Positions 40,198 through 50,449 of a stretch of DNA of 64,000 nucleotides are shown piece by piece; within the stretch, counting starts at the first letter, position 1, and every line of letters starts with the position of its first letter. Made by a program: the position numbers and the translations under genes. The notes under the pieces were generated by a model. The model did not search any database. It was not told the origin of the DNA and saw nothing but the letters and a program-made list of their open reading frames with translations. The stretch spans positions 1,524 through 65,523 of the forward strand of contig JAADJA010000056.1 of assembly GCA_013151015.1 (NCBI GenBank), read 5' to 3'. Origin of the DNA: Chlorobiota bacterium (GTDB lineage: Bacteria > Bacteroidota > Bacteroidia > Bacteroidales > JAADJA01).

Positions 40198-42699
40198 TTA
40201 AAACCTCGCAACCAACTTAATGTTCAACTGTCGAGTGGTAAGGTAATTGGGAACGGCATACATTTCGCCATAGACATCGGTTACCCAGGTATATGAAACC
40301 GTATTGTTGATTTGTAAAAGGTTAAGGACTTCCAGTGTAAGCCAAACGGACTTGAATCCACGTAAAGGGTTCTTGGTTGAAAAACGGCTATATTCTCCAA
40401 TGAGTTCTTTAGAGAAACCTATGTCAACCCGGCGGTAAGGTGGCATCCTGAGGGTTTGCTTGTATCGCGGACTGTCAGGTGGGCCAAAAGGGAGGCTGCT
40501 TCCGAAGATCAGTGTCAGGCTCATTTTATAGGTCGGGTTGCGGGGAAGGTAATCCTGGAAAAACAAACTAAAGTTCACCGTTTGGTCTGTTGGACGGGGA
40601 ATGAAACCTGACTTTACCTTGACTCCCTCGCTGTTGATATAATCGTCGTTGTCCACATTTTCAGCTGTGCTCATAACCGACAGGCTGGCCCATGATTCGA
40701 TGCCCGGTACAAATTCACCGTTTATCTTAAAATCAATCCCGGTGGTATAGCCATGCGATTGGTCAAAAGCATAATACCGTATTCTCACATTGTCCACCAT
40801 ATAAGGGATCAAACGGTTAAGGGATTTGTAATATACTTCGGTAATGAATTTAAAGGGGCGGCCCCATGCCTTGAAGTTCAAATCGCTCCCCAAAACAAAA
40901 TGAATGGATTCCTGGGCTTTGGGATTATAATTGAGTGTTCCGTCAATATCTTTTATCTCCCGGTAAAAAGGAGGCTGGAAATAATATCCGGTCGAAAACC
41001 GGAACATCATGTCCCGTTTCCAATTTGGTTTGTAAGATACTGTTATCCGTGGGCTCACGACAATTTGTTGGCTGAAATCCCAATAATTGGCACGGATACC
41101 CGCTGTAACCAAAAGCATTGAACTATCTGATTTATGTGTCCAGGTATTTTGGGCAAAAGCTGTATATCTGTTGGACGTGATGTTTGCATTTGTCTTGATG
41201 TAATCCATCATCTCAAAAGCATAATTGACCTGCGCTCCAGGATAAACATATCCAATTGAATCAGGAGGGCGTGGTTGTGTATATCCCGCCGAATCTATCA
41301 TTGTCCATTCGCGCATTTCATCGGTCACGTTTTCATGTTGAAATTTCAAGCCCCACTGTATCAGGTTTTCCCCTTTTTCAATTGTAGCTTTGTGCTCAAT
41401 ATTATAAACATTGATGTCCATCCGGTTGCGGGCATGTTCCAATTGTGTGCCCACTCCCTGGTTTTCCACGACATCGCCAAAATTCTCGCTCCCAAAATCA
41501 GTGCTTACCTGTCCGATCCAATATTGTCCCATTAGGTCATAGGTCTCGCTCTCCTTGGAATTGTAACCTGATCCGATGAGTTTGAGCCTGGTGTACCGGT
41601 TTGGTTTATAGGTGAACGTAAGCCCACCAAGGTATGTGAGATATTCATCGGCTTCCTGCCCATCAAAATAGATGTTGAGTCGTTTGGCATTCTGAACAGT
41701 TCCAAAATCGGTTTCGCGGCTTTCTGGAATGAGCCGGAACTGGTTTTGTGAAACGGTCATCAAAAGGGATACTTCCAGTTTTTTTGAAATATCATAGGTC
41801 AGCAAACTCTGGATGTCGAGGAAAGAAGGTTGGTAATCGCCCTTTGTTTCCAATGCGTTCAGCAAATACTTACTAGTCTTGTAACGCACGCCAAGGAGGT
41901 AAGTGAATTTGTTTTTATCGGCCTTTCCCTCCGTTTTTTTTGCAGCCATGCCTTCCACATGGAATGATGCACCCAATAAACTGATGGAGGCAGAACCACC
42001 AAATTCATAGGGTTTTTTATATTGGATGTCGAGGACCGAAGACATTTTATCGCCATACTTTGCATCAAAACCACCAGCCGAGAACAGGAGGGAGGAGGTG
42101 AGGTCGGAATTGACAAAGCTCAATCCTTCCTGTTGTCCTGAACGGATGAGGAAAGGGCGGTATATTTCGATATCGTTCAGATAAATCAGGTTTTCGTCAA
42201 AGTTCCCTCCCCTAACAGAATATTGCGAACTGAGCTCGTTATTGGAAGAAACACCGGGTAAAGTTTTCAAGATTGCAGGGATCGCATCACTTGAATTGGG
42301 GAAATTGATAGCTATTTTTGGGTCGATCCTCGACATGCTTCCTGCCCGCAATTGTTCGCCCTCAACTTCCACCTCTGTTAAGTCCATGGTTGAAATCTCA
42401 AGTGTTTTGTTGACCTCCTTCCTTTCGCCCGGCTTCAGGTTTACCTTTTCCACCTCTTTGGAGTAGCCCATATACGTAAAAGAGATAAAGAGGGCGCGAT
42501 TGGCCGGGACTTCCAATTCATAACGGCCTTTTTTATCGGTTATGGTACCGCCAGGAACACCGGAAATGGCAATGTTGGCCAATTCCACTGCGTTTCCTTT
42601 TTGATTGGTGATCCGACCAAAGATAACTGCTTTTTCCTGTGCGAAAGCAGCTGTGGCAATAAATAGGGGAAATAATAAAACCAGGTTTCTGAATAGCAT
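40198..42699 (-). CDS. TonB-dependent receptor with an N-terminal carboxypeptidase-regulatory-like domain
   Basis: It has a signal peptide. The CarbopepD_reg-like start is VIFGRITNQKGNAVELANIAISG. A plug region follows, and the protein ends with the C-terminal beta-strand LNIKLVARF. Confidence 0.8.
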   Translation of the reverse strand: MLFRNLVLLFPLFIATAAFAQEKAVIFGRITNQKGNAVELANIAISGVPGGTITDKKGRYELEVPANRALFISFTYMGYSKEVEKVNLKPGERKEVNKTLEISTMDLTEVEVEGEQLRAGSMSRIDPKIAINFPNSSDAIPAILKTLPGVSSNNELSSQYSVRGGNFDENLIYLNDIEIYRPFLIRSGQQEGLSFVNSDLTSSLLFSAGGFDAKYGDKMSSVLDIQYKKPYEFGGSASISLLGASFHVEGMAAKKTEGKADKNKFTYLLGVRYKTSKYLLNALETKGDYQPSFLDIQSLLTYDISKKLEVSLLMTVSQNQFRLIPESRETDFGTVQNAKRLNIYFDGQEADEYLTYLGGLTFTYKPNRYTRLKLIGSGYNSKESETYDLMGQYWIGQVSTDFGSENFGDVVENQGVGTQLEHARNRMDINVYNIEHKATIEKGENLIQWGLKFQHENVTDEMREWTMIDSAGYTQPRPPDSIGYVYPGAQVNYAFEMMDYIKTNANITSNRYTAFAQNTWTHKSDSSMLLVTAGIRANYWDFSQQIVVSPRITVSYKPNWKRDMMFRFSTGYYFQPPFYREIKDIDGTLNYNPKAQESIHFVLGSDLNFKAWGRPFKFITEVYYKSLNRLIPYMVDNVRIRYYAFDQSHGYTTGIDFKINGEFVPGIESWASLSVMSTAENVDNDDYINSEGVKVKSGFIPRPTDQTVNFSLFFQDYLPRNPTYKMSLTLIFGSSLPFGPPDSPRYKQTLRMPPYRRVDIGFSKELIGEYSRFSTKNPLRGFKSVWLTLEVLNLLQINNTVSYTWVTDVYGEMYAVPNYLTTRQLNIKLVARF

Positions 42700-42815
42700 A
42701 TTTGATCTATATCTTTTATTCTTTAATTTCTTTTAATTCGTAATATTTCAACACTTAAGCCCTAACCATAGCTGTTTCAAATCCTAACTCTTTAACTTTT
42801 AACCCTCTATCCCTC

Positions 42816-43466
42816 TCAATCCTTTCGTTTAAATTTCCCTTCCTTCCAGGCTTTGATAAATTGTGCCCATGCAAAAGGGTTCAGGATGGTAATGGGTTGG
42901 GTCTGTCCTATGTAATATAAACGGTCGGTTCGTTGCTGCATCGAGTATTTGTAATTCATGCTTCCGTCCATGGGGTATTCACGGATGATCTTGCGCAAAT
43001 TCTTCATGTCCAGGTTTTTCTTTGCCCTTTCATAATCATCATCGGGGATTTTTGCGGTAAGGAACACTTGTTCAAATTCCTCTCTTGATGGCCAGGGGTA
43101 GATAACGGTTTGGGCTAAAGTAATCGTATCGTTCGACATTACCTGTATCAACGAGTAGCGGTTGCCCGTAATTGTATCGGGAATAATAAATTCACTCTTT
43201 TTATAACCCATTGCGGAAAAGGAGATAGTATCGTTTATCCTTGCCACGAAAGAAAAATACCCATAAAAATCAGCAATGGTGCCGCGCCAGGTGCCTTCGA
43301 TCATAATGTTGGCATAGGATACGGGTTTAATGCTGTCGGCCGTTACCACGATTCCCGAGAACTGGACAAGGTCTTCTTCTGGTTCTTCCTGGGCAAGGAG
43401 TATTTTGCCCGAGGAAAAAAACAACAATAATATGACGATAAGCCTGATGCTGTACATTAACTGCAA
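42816..43466 (-). CDS. Carboxypeptidase-regulatory-like domain protein
   Basis: It has a signal peptide. The block VQFSGIVVTADSIKPVSYANIMI fits a CarbopepD_reg_2-type domain. Confidence 0.5.
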   Translation of the reverse strand: MQLMYSIRLIVILLLFFSSGKILLAQEEPEEDLVQFSGIVVTADSIKPVSYANIMIEGTWRGTIADFYGYFSFVARINDTISFSAMGYKKSEFIIPDTITGNRYSLIQVMSNDTITLAQTVIYPWPSREEFEQVFLTAKIPDDDYERAKKNLDMKNLRKIIREYPMDGSMNYKYSMQQRTDRLYYIGQTQPITILNPFAWAQFIKAWKEGKFKRKD

Positions 43467-43548
43467 ATATATATTTCTTTATCGAAATGGATGTTAATTA
43501 ACGGTGTTTTCACCAAATTATTTTCACTTCCTTTCCAAGCATACTGAT

Positions 43549-43580
43549 AAAAAAAATGCTGTTACACAATATGTAACAGC
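43549..43580 (-). terminator. Rho-independent terminator of rpmB
   Basis: The stem gctgttaca/tgtaacagc lies at 43558-43580. On the minus strand it is followed by a T run, seen as the A run at 43549-43556 on the plus strand. Confidence 0.75.
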
Positions 43581-43612
43581 AAAAATATTTTTACGATAAG
43601 AAAACCCGATCC

Positions 43613-43846
43613 TTATAAATACCCTTTGGCTTTAGCGTCCTTCATGGCAGCCGTAATACCCATTTTGTTGATATTGCGGATACCTGATGTGGAAACCTTC
43701 AAAGTGATATACCTGTCTTCCTCGGGAATATAAAATTTCTTGGTCTGCAAGTTGGGATAAAACTTCCTTCTTGTTTTGCTATGTGAGTGGGAAACATTGT
43801 TTCCGCTTATGACTTTCTTTCCTGTTATCTGGCAAATACGTGACAT
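43613..43846 (-). CDS. rpmB: 50S ribosomal protein L28
   Basis: The sequence MSRICQITGKKVISGNNVSHSHSKTRRKFYPNLQ is a canonical L28 N-terminus. Confidence 0.95.
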   Translation of the reverse strand: MSRICQITGKKVISGNNVSHSHSKTRRKFYPNLQTKKFYIPEEDRYITLKVSTSGIRNINKMGITAAMKDAKAKGYL

Positions 43847-44160
43847 CTCTTTATATTTTATATCTGTTTTTAAAAAAGGAGTGCAAAGAACGGAATATTT
43901 TTTTGAATAAGCAAAGGGAATTTTGAAATTTCTTTTATTGAATCTTCATTGTTGCTTGTTTAACTTTCTGCCATATTTTAATCATGCGTTTTGCATCTCT
44001 TTCCTTTTTCCCAACATATCATAAATCCCTATTGTTTTTGGGAGATGTGTTTGTCATTTTATAAATAAATGATTTCAACCCCAATGTGTTAGACGTTTCT
44101 TGATTTGGTATATGTTTTGGATTCCCAATTTTCCCCATCGAATCATTTAAAAGTATTTAA

Positions 44161-45165
44161 ATGGAGCATATCCTGTTTTTCATGTTTTTTCCCTTCTTTT
44201 TTGCCGGATCGCCAGACGAAGTGCCGAGTGAACAAATCCGTGGGGTGAACCTGGTTTCGCCAATTGAACGTGTGGGCGATGACTGTATTAAGCCAATGAA
44301 GGATTTGAACGCTAACTATGTTTCACTATGCCCTTTTGCCTTTATGACCCCCGGCGACCCAAATGTGTATTATAATACCATTGAGAATTATTGGGGCGAC
44401 AGGCCTTCAAACCTTGCATTTCTGGCAAAAGAAGCGAAAGGCAAAGGCTTGAAAGTCCTTTTAAAACCACATTTCTGGGTAACGGGACAAGGCTGGCCGG
44501 GAGATTACAACCTAAACGAACAGGGCTGGAAAGCATGGGAGAAGAATTACACAAAATTTGTGGTGGATATGGCCCGTTTTGCCGACTCATTGAGCATCGA
44601 AATGTATTGTATTGGAGTGGAATTCAAAACGGCCGTGAACCTGAGGAAAGGGTTTTGGCCTGGCCTGATCAAAGAGGTGAGGAAGAATTACAGTGGCAAG
44701 CTGATCTATGCTGCCAACTGGGACAACTATTACAATATTTCGTTTTGGGGCCAACTTGACTACATCGGCATAGATGCTTATTTCCCCCTTCTCAACGAAA
44801 AAACCCCATCAAAGGAGCAATTGGTGAAGAAATGGGGCCAGCAATCGAAAATCCTGGAAAAGTTTAGCGCAAAGTATGAACGACCGATTTTGTTTACCGA
44901 GTACGGCTACCGGAGTATCGATGGAACGGCCGGGAACCAATGGGAACTTGAGTATGTGAACAGTGATAAGAAGGTGAACCTTGAAGCCCAGGTAAATGCG
45001 TATGCAGCTTTTTACGAAGCCGTTTGGGAAGAAGAATGGTTCGCCGGGGGCTTTCTCTGGAAATGGCATCCCGAATACGCAAATGTAGGTGGAATGGCCG
45101 ATTCGGATTATACACCCCAGAACAAACCGGTAGAAAAACTGATTAAGCAATGGTATTCAAAATAG
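44161..45165 (+). CDS. TIM-barrel clan GH-A-like glycoside hydrolase (family uncertain, possibly GH113-like), paralogue 1
   Basis: IGVEFK is the candidate acid/base region and ILFTEYGY the candidate nucleophile. It also has GGFLWKW. It is clearly paralogous to the next gene. Confidence 0.45.
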   Translation: MEHILFFMFFPFFFAGSPDEVPSEQIRGVNLVSPIERVGDDCIKPMKDLNANYVSLCPFAFMTPGDPNVYYNTIENYWGDRPSNLAFLAKEAKGKGLKVLLKPHFWVTGQGWPGDYNLNEQGWKAWEKNYTKFVVDMARFADSLSIEMYCIGVEFKTAVNLRKGFWPGLIKEVRKNYSGKLIYAANWDNYYNISFWGQLDYIGIDAYFPLLNEKTPSKEQLVKKWGQQSKILEKFSAKYERPILFTEYGYRSIDGTAGNQWELEYVNSDKKVNLEAQVNAYAAFYEAVWEEEWFAGGFLWKWHPEYANVGGMADSDYTPQNKPVEKLIKQWYSK

Positions 45166-46202
45166 TAAACGGAAGTAAAATATTGTTGTTGTCCTTATTG
45201 GTGCTCATCATTTTATCGTGTACCAAAGATGTGGTGGGCGATTTTGACAATCCCGGCGCACCATCATCGATTGTACGCTTGTGTGGAGTGAGTTTTGTTG
45301 GGCCTGTGAACGAAATCGACGCATCGGGCTTGGATCCCGTGATAAATTCAAATTCAAATTATATATGTTTAATGCCTTTTGCGTTTGGGGAATTTGGGAG
45401 CCCGGATTTGCAGTGGGACATTAACTGGCAATGGTGGGGCGAAAGAAAAGCCGGGATTATTGGGTGCACAAAGCTTGCAAGGGAAAAAGGCTTGAAGGTT
45501 TTCCTGAAACCGCATACCTGGTTTTTTCATGGGGCATATACCGGTGATTTTGAATTGTCATCGGAAGAGGACTGGCAACAATGGGAACAAAATTATATGG
45601 ATTACATCCTGGAATTTGCGATTCTCGCCGATTCCCTCGATATTGAAGTGTTCAGTATCGGAGTTGAGTTGAAAAACTTCATCCAACAGCGCCCTCAGTT
45701 TTGGAATATATTGGCGGATACTGTCCGCAGCATTTACAAAGGCAAAATCACTTATTCGGGCAATTGGGACAATTACCATAATATCCCCTTCTGGGATAAA
45801 ATGGACTATATAGGCATCAATTCTTACTTCCCCCTTTCAGACAAAAAGACCCCAACGCTCGAAGATTTGCTGAGTGGCTGGGAAGAGCATTATCAGGGAA
45901 TAAAAGATTATCGGGAAGGATTTGATATTCCGGTAATATTTACCGAATATGGTTATAAAAGTATCGACTATCTTGCCGATGAACCCTGGAACCCTGACAA
46001 TAGTGGCGGGGTCAATCTTGAAGCACAGAAAATAGCTTATGAGGCCATTTATGAAAAATTCTGGAAGGAAGAATGGTTTGCCGGGGGCTTTTTGTGGAAA
46101 TGGTACGATTACCATGAATCGGCAGGCGGTGCGAACAATAAGAATTACACGCCCCAAAATAAACCCGCCGAGGATGCTATTCGAAATGCTTATCAAAAGT
46201 AG
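45150..46202 (+). CDS. TIM-barrel clan GH-A-like glycoside hydrolase lipoprotein, paralogue 2
   Basis: It has a lipoprotein signal (LLVLIILSC). It shares IGVELK, VIFTEYGY and GGFLWKW with the upstream gene. Its start overlaps the upstream gene by 16 bp. Confidence 0.45.
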   Translation: MVFKIVNGSKILLLSLLVLIILSCTKDVVGDFDNPGAPSSIVRLCGVSFVGPVNEIDASGLDPVINSNSNYICLMPFAFGEFGSPDLQWDINWQWWGERKAGIIGCTKLAREKGLKVFLKPHTWFFHGAYTGDFELSSEEDWQQWEQNYMDYILEFAILADSLDIEVFSIGVELKNFIQQRPQFWNILADTVRSIYKGKITYSGNWDNYHNIPFWDKMDYIGINSYFPLSDKKTPTLEDLLSGWEEHYQGIKDYREGFDIPVIFTEYGYKSIDYLADEPWNPDNSGGVNLEAQKIAYEAIYEKFWKEEWFAGGFLWKWYDYHESAGGANNKNYTPQNKPAEDAIRNAYQK

Positions 46203-46375
46203 GTTGAAGTGAATTGTAAGGTTTTTGAAAAACAGCGACTTAAAAGCTAAGGTGAAAATCCAGTAATCAATAAAATGAATGGAATCAATGCACTTAATAA
46301 CCTTATTTGATTCCATTAACCTTAGAGCAACACAGCAAGAAAAAAACCTTATTTAACTTCTTAAACCTTAGTAAA

Positions 46376-47104
46376 ATGAAAAAACCAAAAACGATTACCT
46401 TATTAGTAGCACTCTTGTTCGGCATTGGATTTTCCGCAAATGCAAATCCAGGAACAGGCCATGTTGACCACACAGCCTGGAACACCCTGCTCCAGAAATA
46501 TGTAAGCGCAGACGGTGTAGTGAACTATCGGGAAATGAAAAAAGAAGAGGATGTTTTAAATACCTATATCGGGAAACTTGGCAAGAATACCCCGGAAAAA
46601 ACATGGGGCGAAAATGAAAAACTGACCTATTGGATAAACCTTTACAACGCTTCCACGGTTTCATTGATATTGAAGAATTATCCCTTGAAAAGTATCCGGG
46701 AAATCGAAAAGCCCTGGGATATTGTTTTTGTGAAAGCAGGGGATAAGGAATACTCCCTCAACGATATTGAACACGAAATTATCCGCAAGGAATTTGATGA
46801 ACCCCGAATCCATTTTGCTTTGGTGTGTGCCGCCAAATCCTGCCCCCCATTGTTGAATGAGGCCTACGATGCTGATAAACTTGATGCGCAACTACATCAG
46901 CAAGGGGTGAAGTTTATCAATAACCCAAAGAAAAACGAAATTGCCGTGGACAATATCAAAATCTCAAAATTGTTTGATTGGTACAAAGGTGATTTCACAA
47001 AAGAAGGAAGCCTGATCGGTTTCCTGAACGGTTTTGCAAAAACGAAAATTTCAGCAGATGCCAAAATCGGTTTTATGGATTATGATTGGAGTTTAAACGA
47101 ATAA
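46376..47104 (+). CDS. DUF547-domain protein
   Basis: It has a signal peptide. It contains IHFALVCAAKSCPPL, the hallmark of DUF547. I prefer the ATG at 46376. Confidence 0.7.
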   Translation: MKKPKTITLLVALLFGIGFSANANPGTGHVDHTAWNTLLQKYVSADGVVNYREMKKEEDVLNTYIGKLGKNTPEKTWGENEKLTYWINLYNASTVSLILKNYPLKSIREIEKPWDIVFVKAGDKEYSLNDIEHEIIRKEFDEPRIHFALVCAAKSCPPLLNEAYDADKLDAQLHQQGVKFINNPKKNEIAVDNIKISKLFDWYKGDFTKEGSLIGFLNGFAKTKISADAKIGFMDYDWSLNE

Positions 47105-47195
47105 TGAAATTGTTGAGCAAATGGACATCTGTAAGTTTGTTTTAGGTTCTGGGAATTGATAGTAATTGGTGACTTGAATCCAGCATTCATTTGAA

Positions 47196-49547
47196 TTGGA
47201 AAAAATGATAAAAGCCTGGTTCGTTTGCACATTGATGATATTTGCTGCTTCCCGGCTTTGTGCCCAAACAGTGGTCATCAACGAAATCATGTCGTCCAAT
47301 ACGGTAAGCATTACGGATGAAGATGGCGATTTTGAAGACTGGATCGAATTGTACAATCCGGATTCAGAGGCCGTAAGTATTTTCGGTTGGTCCATTACCG
47401 ATGATATTTCCAATCCCGGTAAATGGCTATTCCCCGAATTTTCCATCAACCCCAATAATTTCATCCTTGTGTTTGCTTCCGCGAAAGACCGCAGCAATTC
47501 CGTTTACTTTCATTCCAACTTTAAAATCAGTGCTTCTGGTGAAGCAGTTTACCTTTTTAACGAAAACGGTTTGCTTATGGACAGTTTTCCCGCTGTTGAA
47601 ATAGAAGCGGACAAAAGCTTTGGGCGGTTTCCCGATGCCGCCCCAAACCTCGTCCGGTTTTACCACTTTAGCCCCTGGAACTCCAACAACCAGAGCAATG
47701 TGCTGAACCAACTCAATTGTTCCCATCCATCCGGGTTTTATGCACAATCCTTTGATATTGCGATTAATTCCGATGGCGGCGATTCCATCTATTGTACGCT
47801 CAATGGTTCTGATCCCCACCCCGATTCATTGGGGACTTTTTTATTTACGGGGGCATTGTCCATCAATTCCCTTGAAGGGGAGGCCAATGGTTTTACGGGA
47901 ATCCGTACATCGCCGGTGCAAAACACATTGTATCCCTGGAACCCTCCCCAAGGCCCTGTTTTTAAAGCCAGGGTTTTAAGGGCTTGCAGTTTTCGGAATC
48001 AAAAACCTTCGAGCAATATTTCAACGTTTACCTATTTTGTTTCGCCAGATATCCAAGGGAAATATTCATTTCCCGTAGTTTCTGTTGTTTTGGACAGCAA
48101 TCATCTTTTTGCACAGGATACAGGGATTTATGTACCGGGGATCCATTATGATCCTTTGATATACAAAACCGGGAATTATTACATGACCGGGAAATTTTGG
48201 GAAAGAAGGGGTTATGTCGAAATGTTTTCCCCTGAGGGGGATACGATTTTAAGCCAGGAGTGCGGGATACGTATCCACGGAAATTTATCCCGGGAGTATC
48301 CACAAAAATCATTGCGACTGTATGCCCGCAAAGAATATGGGAATGAAACATTTAACCCGAATGTTTTTCAGGGCTCCTTTCAATATGGTTTTAAACGATT
48401 GGTATTTCGTACACCTTTGTCTTCCCATGAGTTTACAATGTTCAAAGACCCGCTCATCCATGATCTGGTCGAAGGCTTGAATGTGAAGACAGTGGCTTTC
48501 AGGCCGGTCGTTGTTTTCCTGAACGGGGAATATTGGGGGGTGCATAATTTACGTGAAAGGGTGGACGGTTTTTTTTATGAAATGCACTACAATATCAATG
48601 TGGACAATTTGGATCAATTGTCCGGGATTGGGGATGTAAACCATGGGGATAGCTTGGGTTATCTGGGTTTAATGGAATTTGTGGAGGGCAATTCCCTTTC
48701 TGAAGATGAGAATTTTCAGTATGTGGCTTCGCAAATCGACCTGGACAATTACATCGATTATTATATCATCGAAACCTGGTTCTCGAATATAGATTGGCCG
48801 GGCAACAATTATGAATATTGGCGGTCGTCAGATCTGGACAATAAGTGGCGCTGGCAGTTGCTTGATATGGATGCCACTTTCGGGAGTTACGAATTCAATA
48901 TGTTTGAACATATTTCTGCAATCAATGGAGATTCGCTTTTGAACCCTCCCTGGTCCACTTTGCTTTTCAGGAAGTTGATCGAAAACCCCGGCTTTGTGGA
49001 GGATTTTGTGAACCGTTATGAATATGTGAGCCAAAACTATCTCAATACCGAACGTATTGTTTCCAGGATTGATGAGTTTGAAAAAATGTACGAAATTGAG
49101 TTGCCGGAGCATATTGAGCGTTGGAGCCTTCCTGAAAAGATAGATGTATTTTATTCCCATGTTGAATGGATGCGGAAGTTTTCCCGAAAACGGCCTTGTG
49201 TTGTCAAGAAGCAACTTCAGGATTTCTTTCATATTGAAAATGTGGATATTTATTGCGATTCGCTTTCTTTTAATGATAGCATCCCTAACTATGAGCGTGT
49301 CAATATTTATCCAAATCCGGCCCGGGATGAAATCCATATTTCGTATTATTCTGAAATTGAGACAAACTTAAGTGTTCAAATTGTAAACATGAATGGACAA
49401 GGTGTTTTTACGAAATCTTATAATTTGCTGGAGGGAAATAATGAGTTTTCATTAAACCTATTTCAAGTTCGCAATGGCCTTTGTGTTATCGAAATAAAAA
49501 CGGCTTATAATATTTCTCACAGAAAGATTTTAGTAAATAAAAACTAA
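47196..49547 (+). CDS. Lamin-tail-domain plus CotH-kinase-family protein with a T9SS C-terminal sorting domain
   Basis: The N-terminal LTD-like block is VVINEIMSSN...DWIELYNP. The CotH block is VVFLNGEYWGVHNLRERVD. The C-terminus (NIYPNPARDEIHI...GLCVIEIKT) is a T9SS CTD. The likely ATG is at 47205. Confidence 0.7.
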   Translation: MEKMIKAWFVCTLMIFAASRLCAQTVVINEIMSSNTVSITDEDGDFEDWIELYNPDSEAVSIFGWSITDDISNPGKWLFPEFSINPNNFILVFASAKDRSNSVYFHSNFKISASGEAVYLFNENGLLMDSFPAVEIEADKSFGRFPDAAPNLVRFYHFSPWNSNNQSNVLNQLNCSHPSGFYAQSFDIAINSDGGDSIYCTLNGSDPHPDSLGTFLFTGALSINSLEGEANGFTGIRTSPVQNTLYPWNPPQGPVFKARVLRACSFRNQKPSSNISTFTYFVSPDIQGKYSFPVVSVVLDSNHLFAQDTGIYVPGIHYDPLIYKTGNYYMTGKFWERRGYVEMFSPEGDTILSQECGIRIHGNLSREYPQKSLRLYARKEYGNETFNPNVFQGSFQYGFKRLVFRTPLSSHEFTMFKDPLIHDLVEGLNVKTVAFRPVVVFLNGEYWGVHNLRERVDGFFYEMHYNINVDNLDQLSGIGDVNHGDSLGYLGLMEFVEGNSLSEDENFQYVASQIDLDNYIDYYIIETWFSNIDWPGNNYEYWRSSDLDNKWRWQLLDMDATFGSYEFNMFEHISAINGDSLLNPPWSTLLFRKLIENPGFVEDFVNRYEYVSQNYLNTERIVSRIDEFEKMYEIELPEHIERWSLPEKIDVFYSHVEWMRKFSRKRPCVVKKQLQDFFHIENVDIYCDSLSFNDSIPNYERVNIYPNPARDEIHISYYSEIETNLSVQIVNMNGQGVFTKSYNLLEGNNEFSLNLFQVRNGLCVIEIKTAYNISHRKILVNKN

Positions 49548-49628
49548 AACAATATACAGATCATTTTGCTTCATTATCTTTGCAGGATAATAAGGATGGG
49601 AAAATGCACTTGTCCAAACCCTTTTAAA

Positions 49629-50309
49629 ATGAAGAAATCGGATTTTATTTTTTGGGGAGCTGTAATCCTGCTGTTTCTCCCTTTTTTCCTGAGCAGTAAT
49701 GTATATGGTTTTTATAAAAGTTTCAATCACGATCATGGAATGGTGACCGCTTTTGTGAAATTCGCAATATTGGCAACAATGGGCGAGTTGATAGGTTTGC
49801 GTATAAAAACCGGGGAATACATCCAGGCCGGTTTCGGGATTTTGCCAAGGGCCATGGTTTGGGGCTTTATCGGGCTGACCATAAAGTTGGCTTTCATGAT
49901 CTTTGCAACGGGCACACCGAGTTTTCTTGCCTACATGGGAATGAGCGATGCTACAACAGCGATGAAAGGAGGGTTTGGGACATCAAAATTAATTGTGGCT
50001 TTCAGTACCAGTTTCGCCATGAACATTATCTATGCCCCGGTAATGATGACTTTCCATAAAATGTCCGATATACACATTGTAAGCAATGGCGGGACTTTGC
50101 GTGGGTTCCTCAAACCCATGAAGCCGGGAAAAGTCATGTCGGAAATGAACTGGCAGGTGATGTGGGGCTTTGTTTTTAAAAAGACCATTCCGTTTTTCTG
50201 GATACCGGCCCACACCATTACGTTCCTGTTGCCACCCGATATGCAGGTCTTGTTTGCAGCACTACTCGGAATCGCACTTGGGACTATTTTGGCTGTGGCA
50301 GGGAAATAA
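49629..50309 (+). CDS. Hypothetical polytopic membrane protein
   Basis: It has about six hydrophobic segments and no motif I can name with confidence. I prefer the ATG at 49629. Confidence 0.4.
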   Translation: MKKSDFIFWGAVILLFLPFFLSSNVYGFYKSFNHDHGMVTAFVKFAILATMGELIGLRIKTGEYIQAGFGILPRAMVWGFIGLTIKLAFMIFATGTPSFLAYMGMSDATTAMKGGFGTSKLIVAFSTSFAMNIIYAPVMMTFHKMSDIHIVSNGGTLRGFLKPMKPGKVMSEMNWQVMWGFVFKKTIPFFWIPAHTITFLLPPDMQVLFAALLGIALGTILAVAGK

Positions 50310-50449
50310 GTCCCTAATGCCTGTCTTCAATCATATTTTTACAATAGTGAATTGATATTTTTACTATTTTGCAAAGCGATTTGCATTCAACTTCATTTAA
50401 GCTTGAATTTGCGGTCAGTCGAAAATGTTTTTTTTCATCTTAAAATCCC

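Noticed and set aside
43467-43612. An expected rpmG (L33) gene downstream of rpmB, as in many Bacteroidota.
   Set aside because: Only 146 bp are available, and they are occupied by a clear terminator hairpin. No L33-like ORF is present in any frame.
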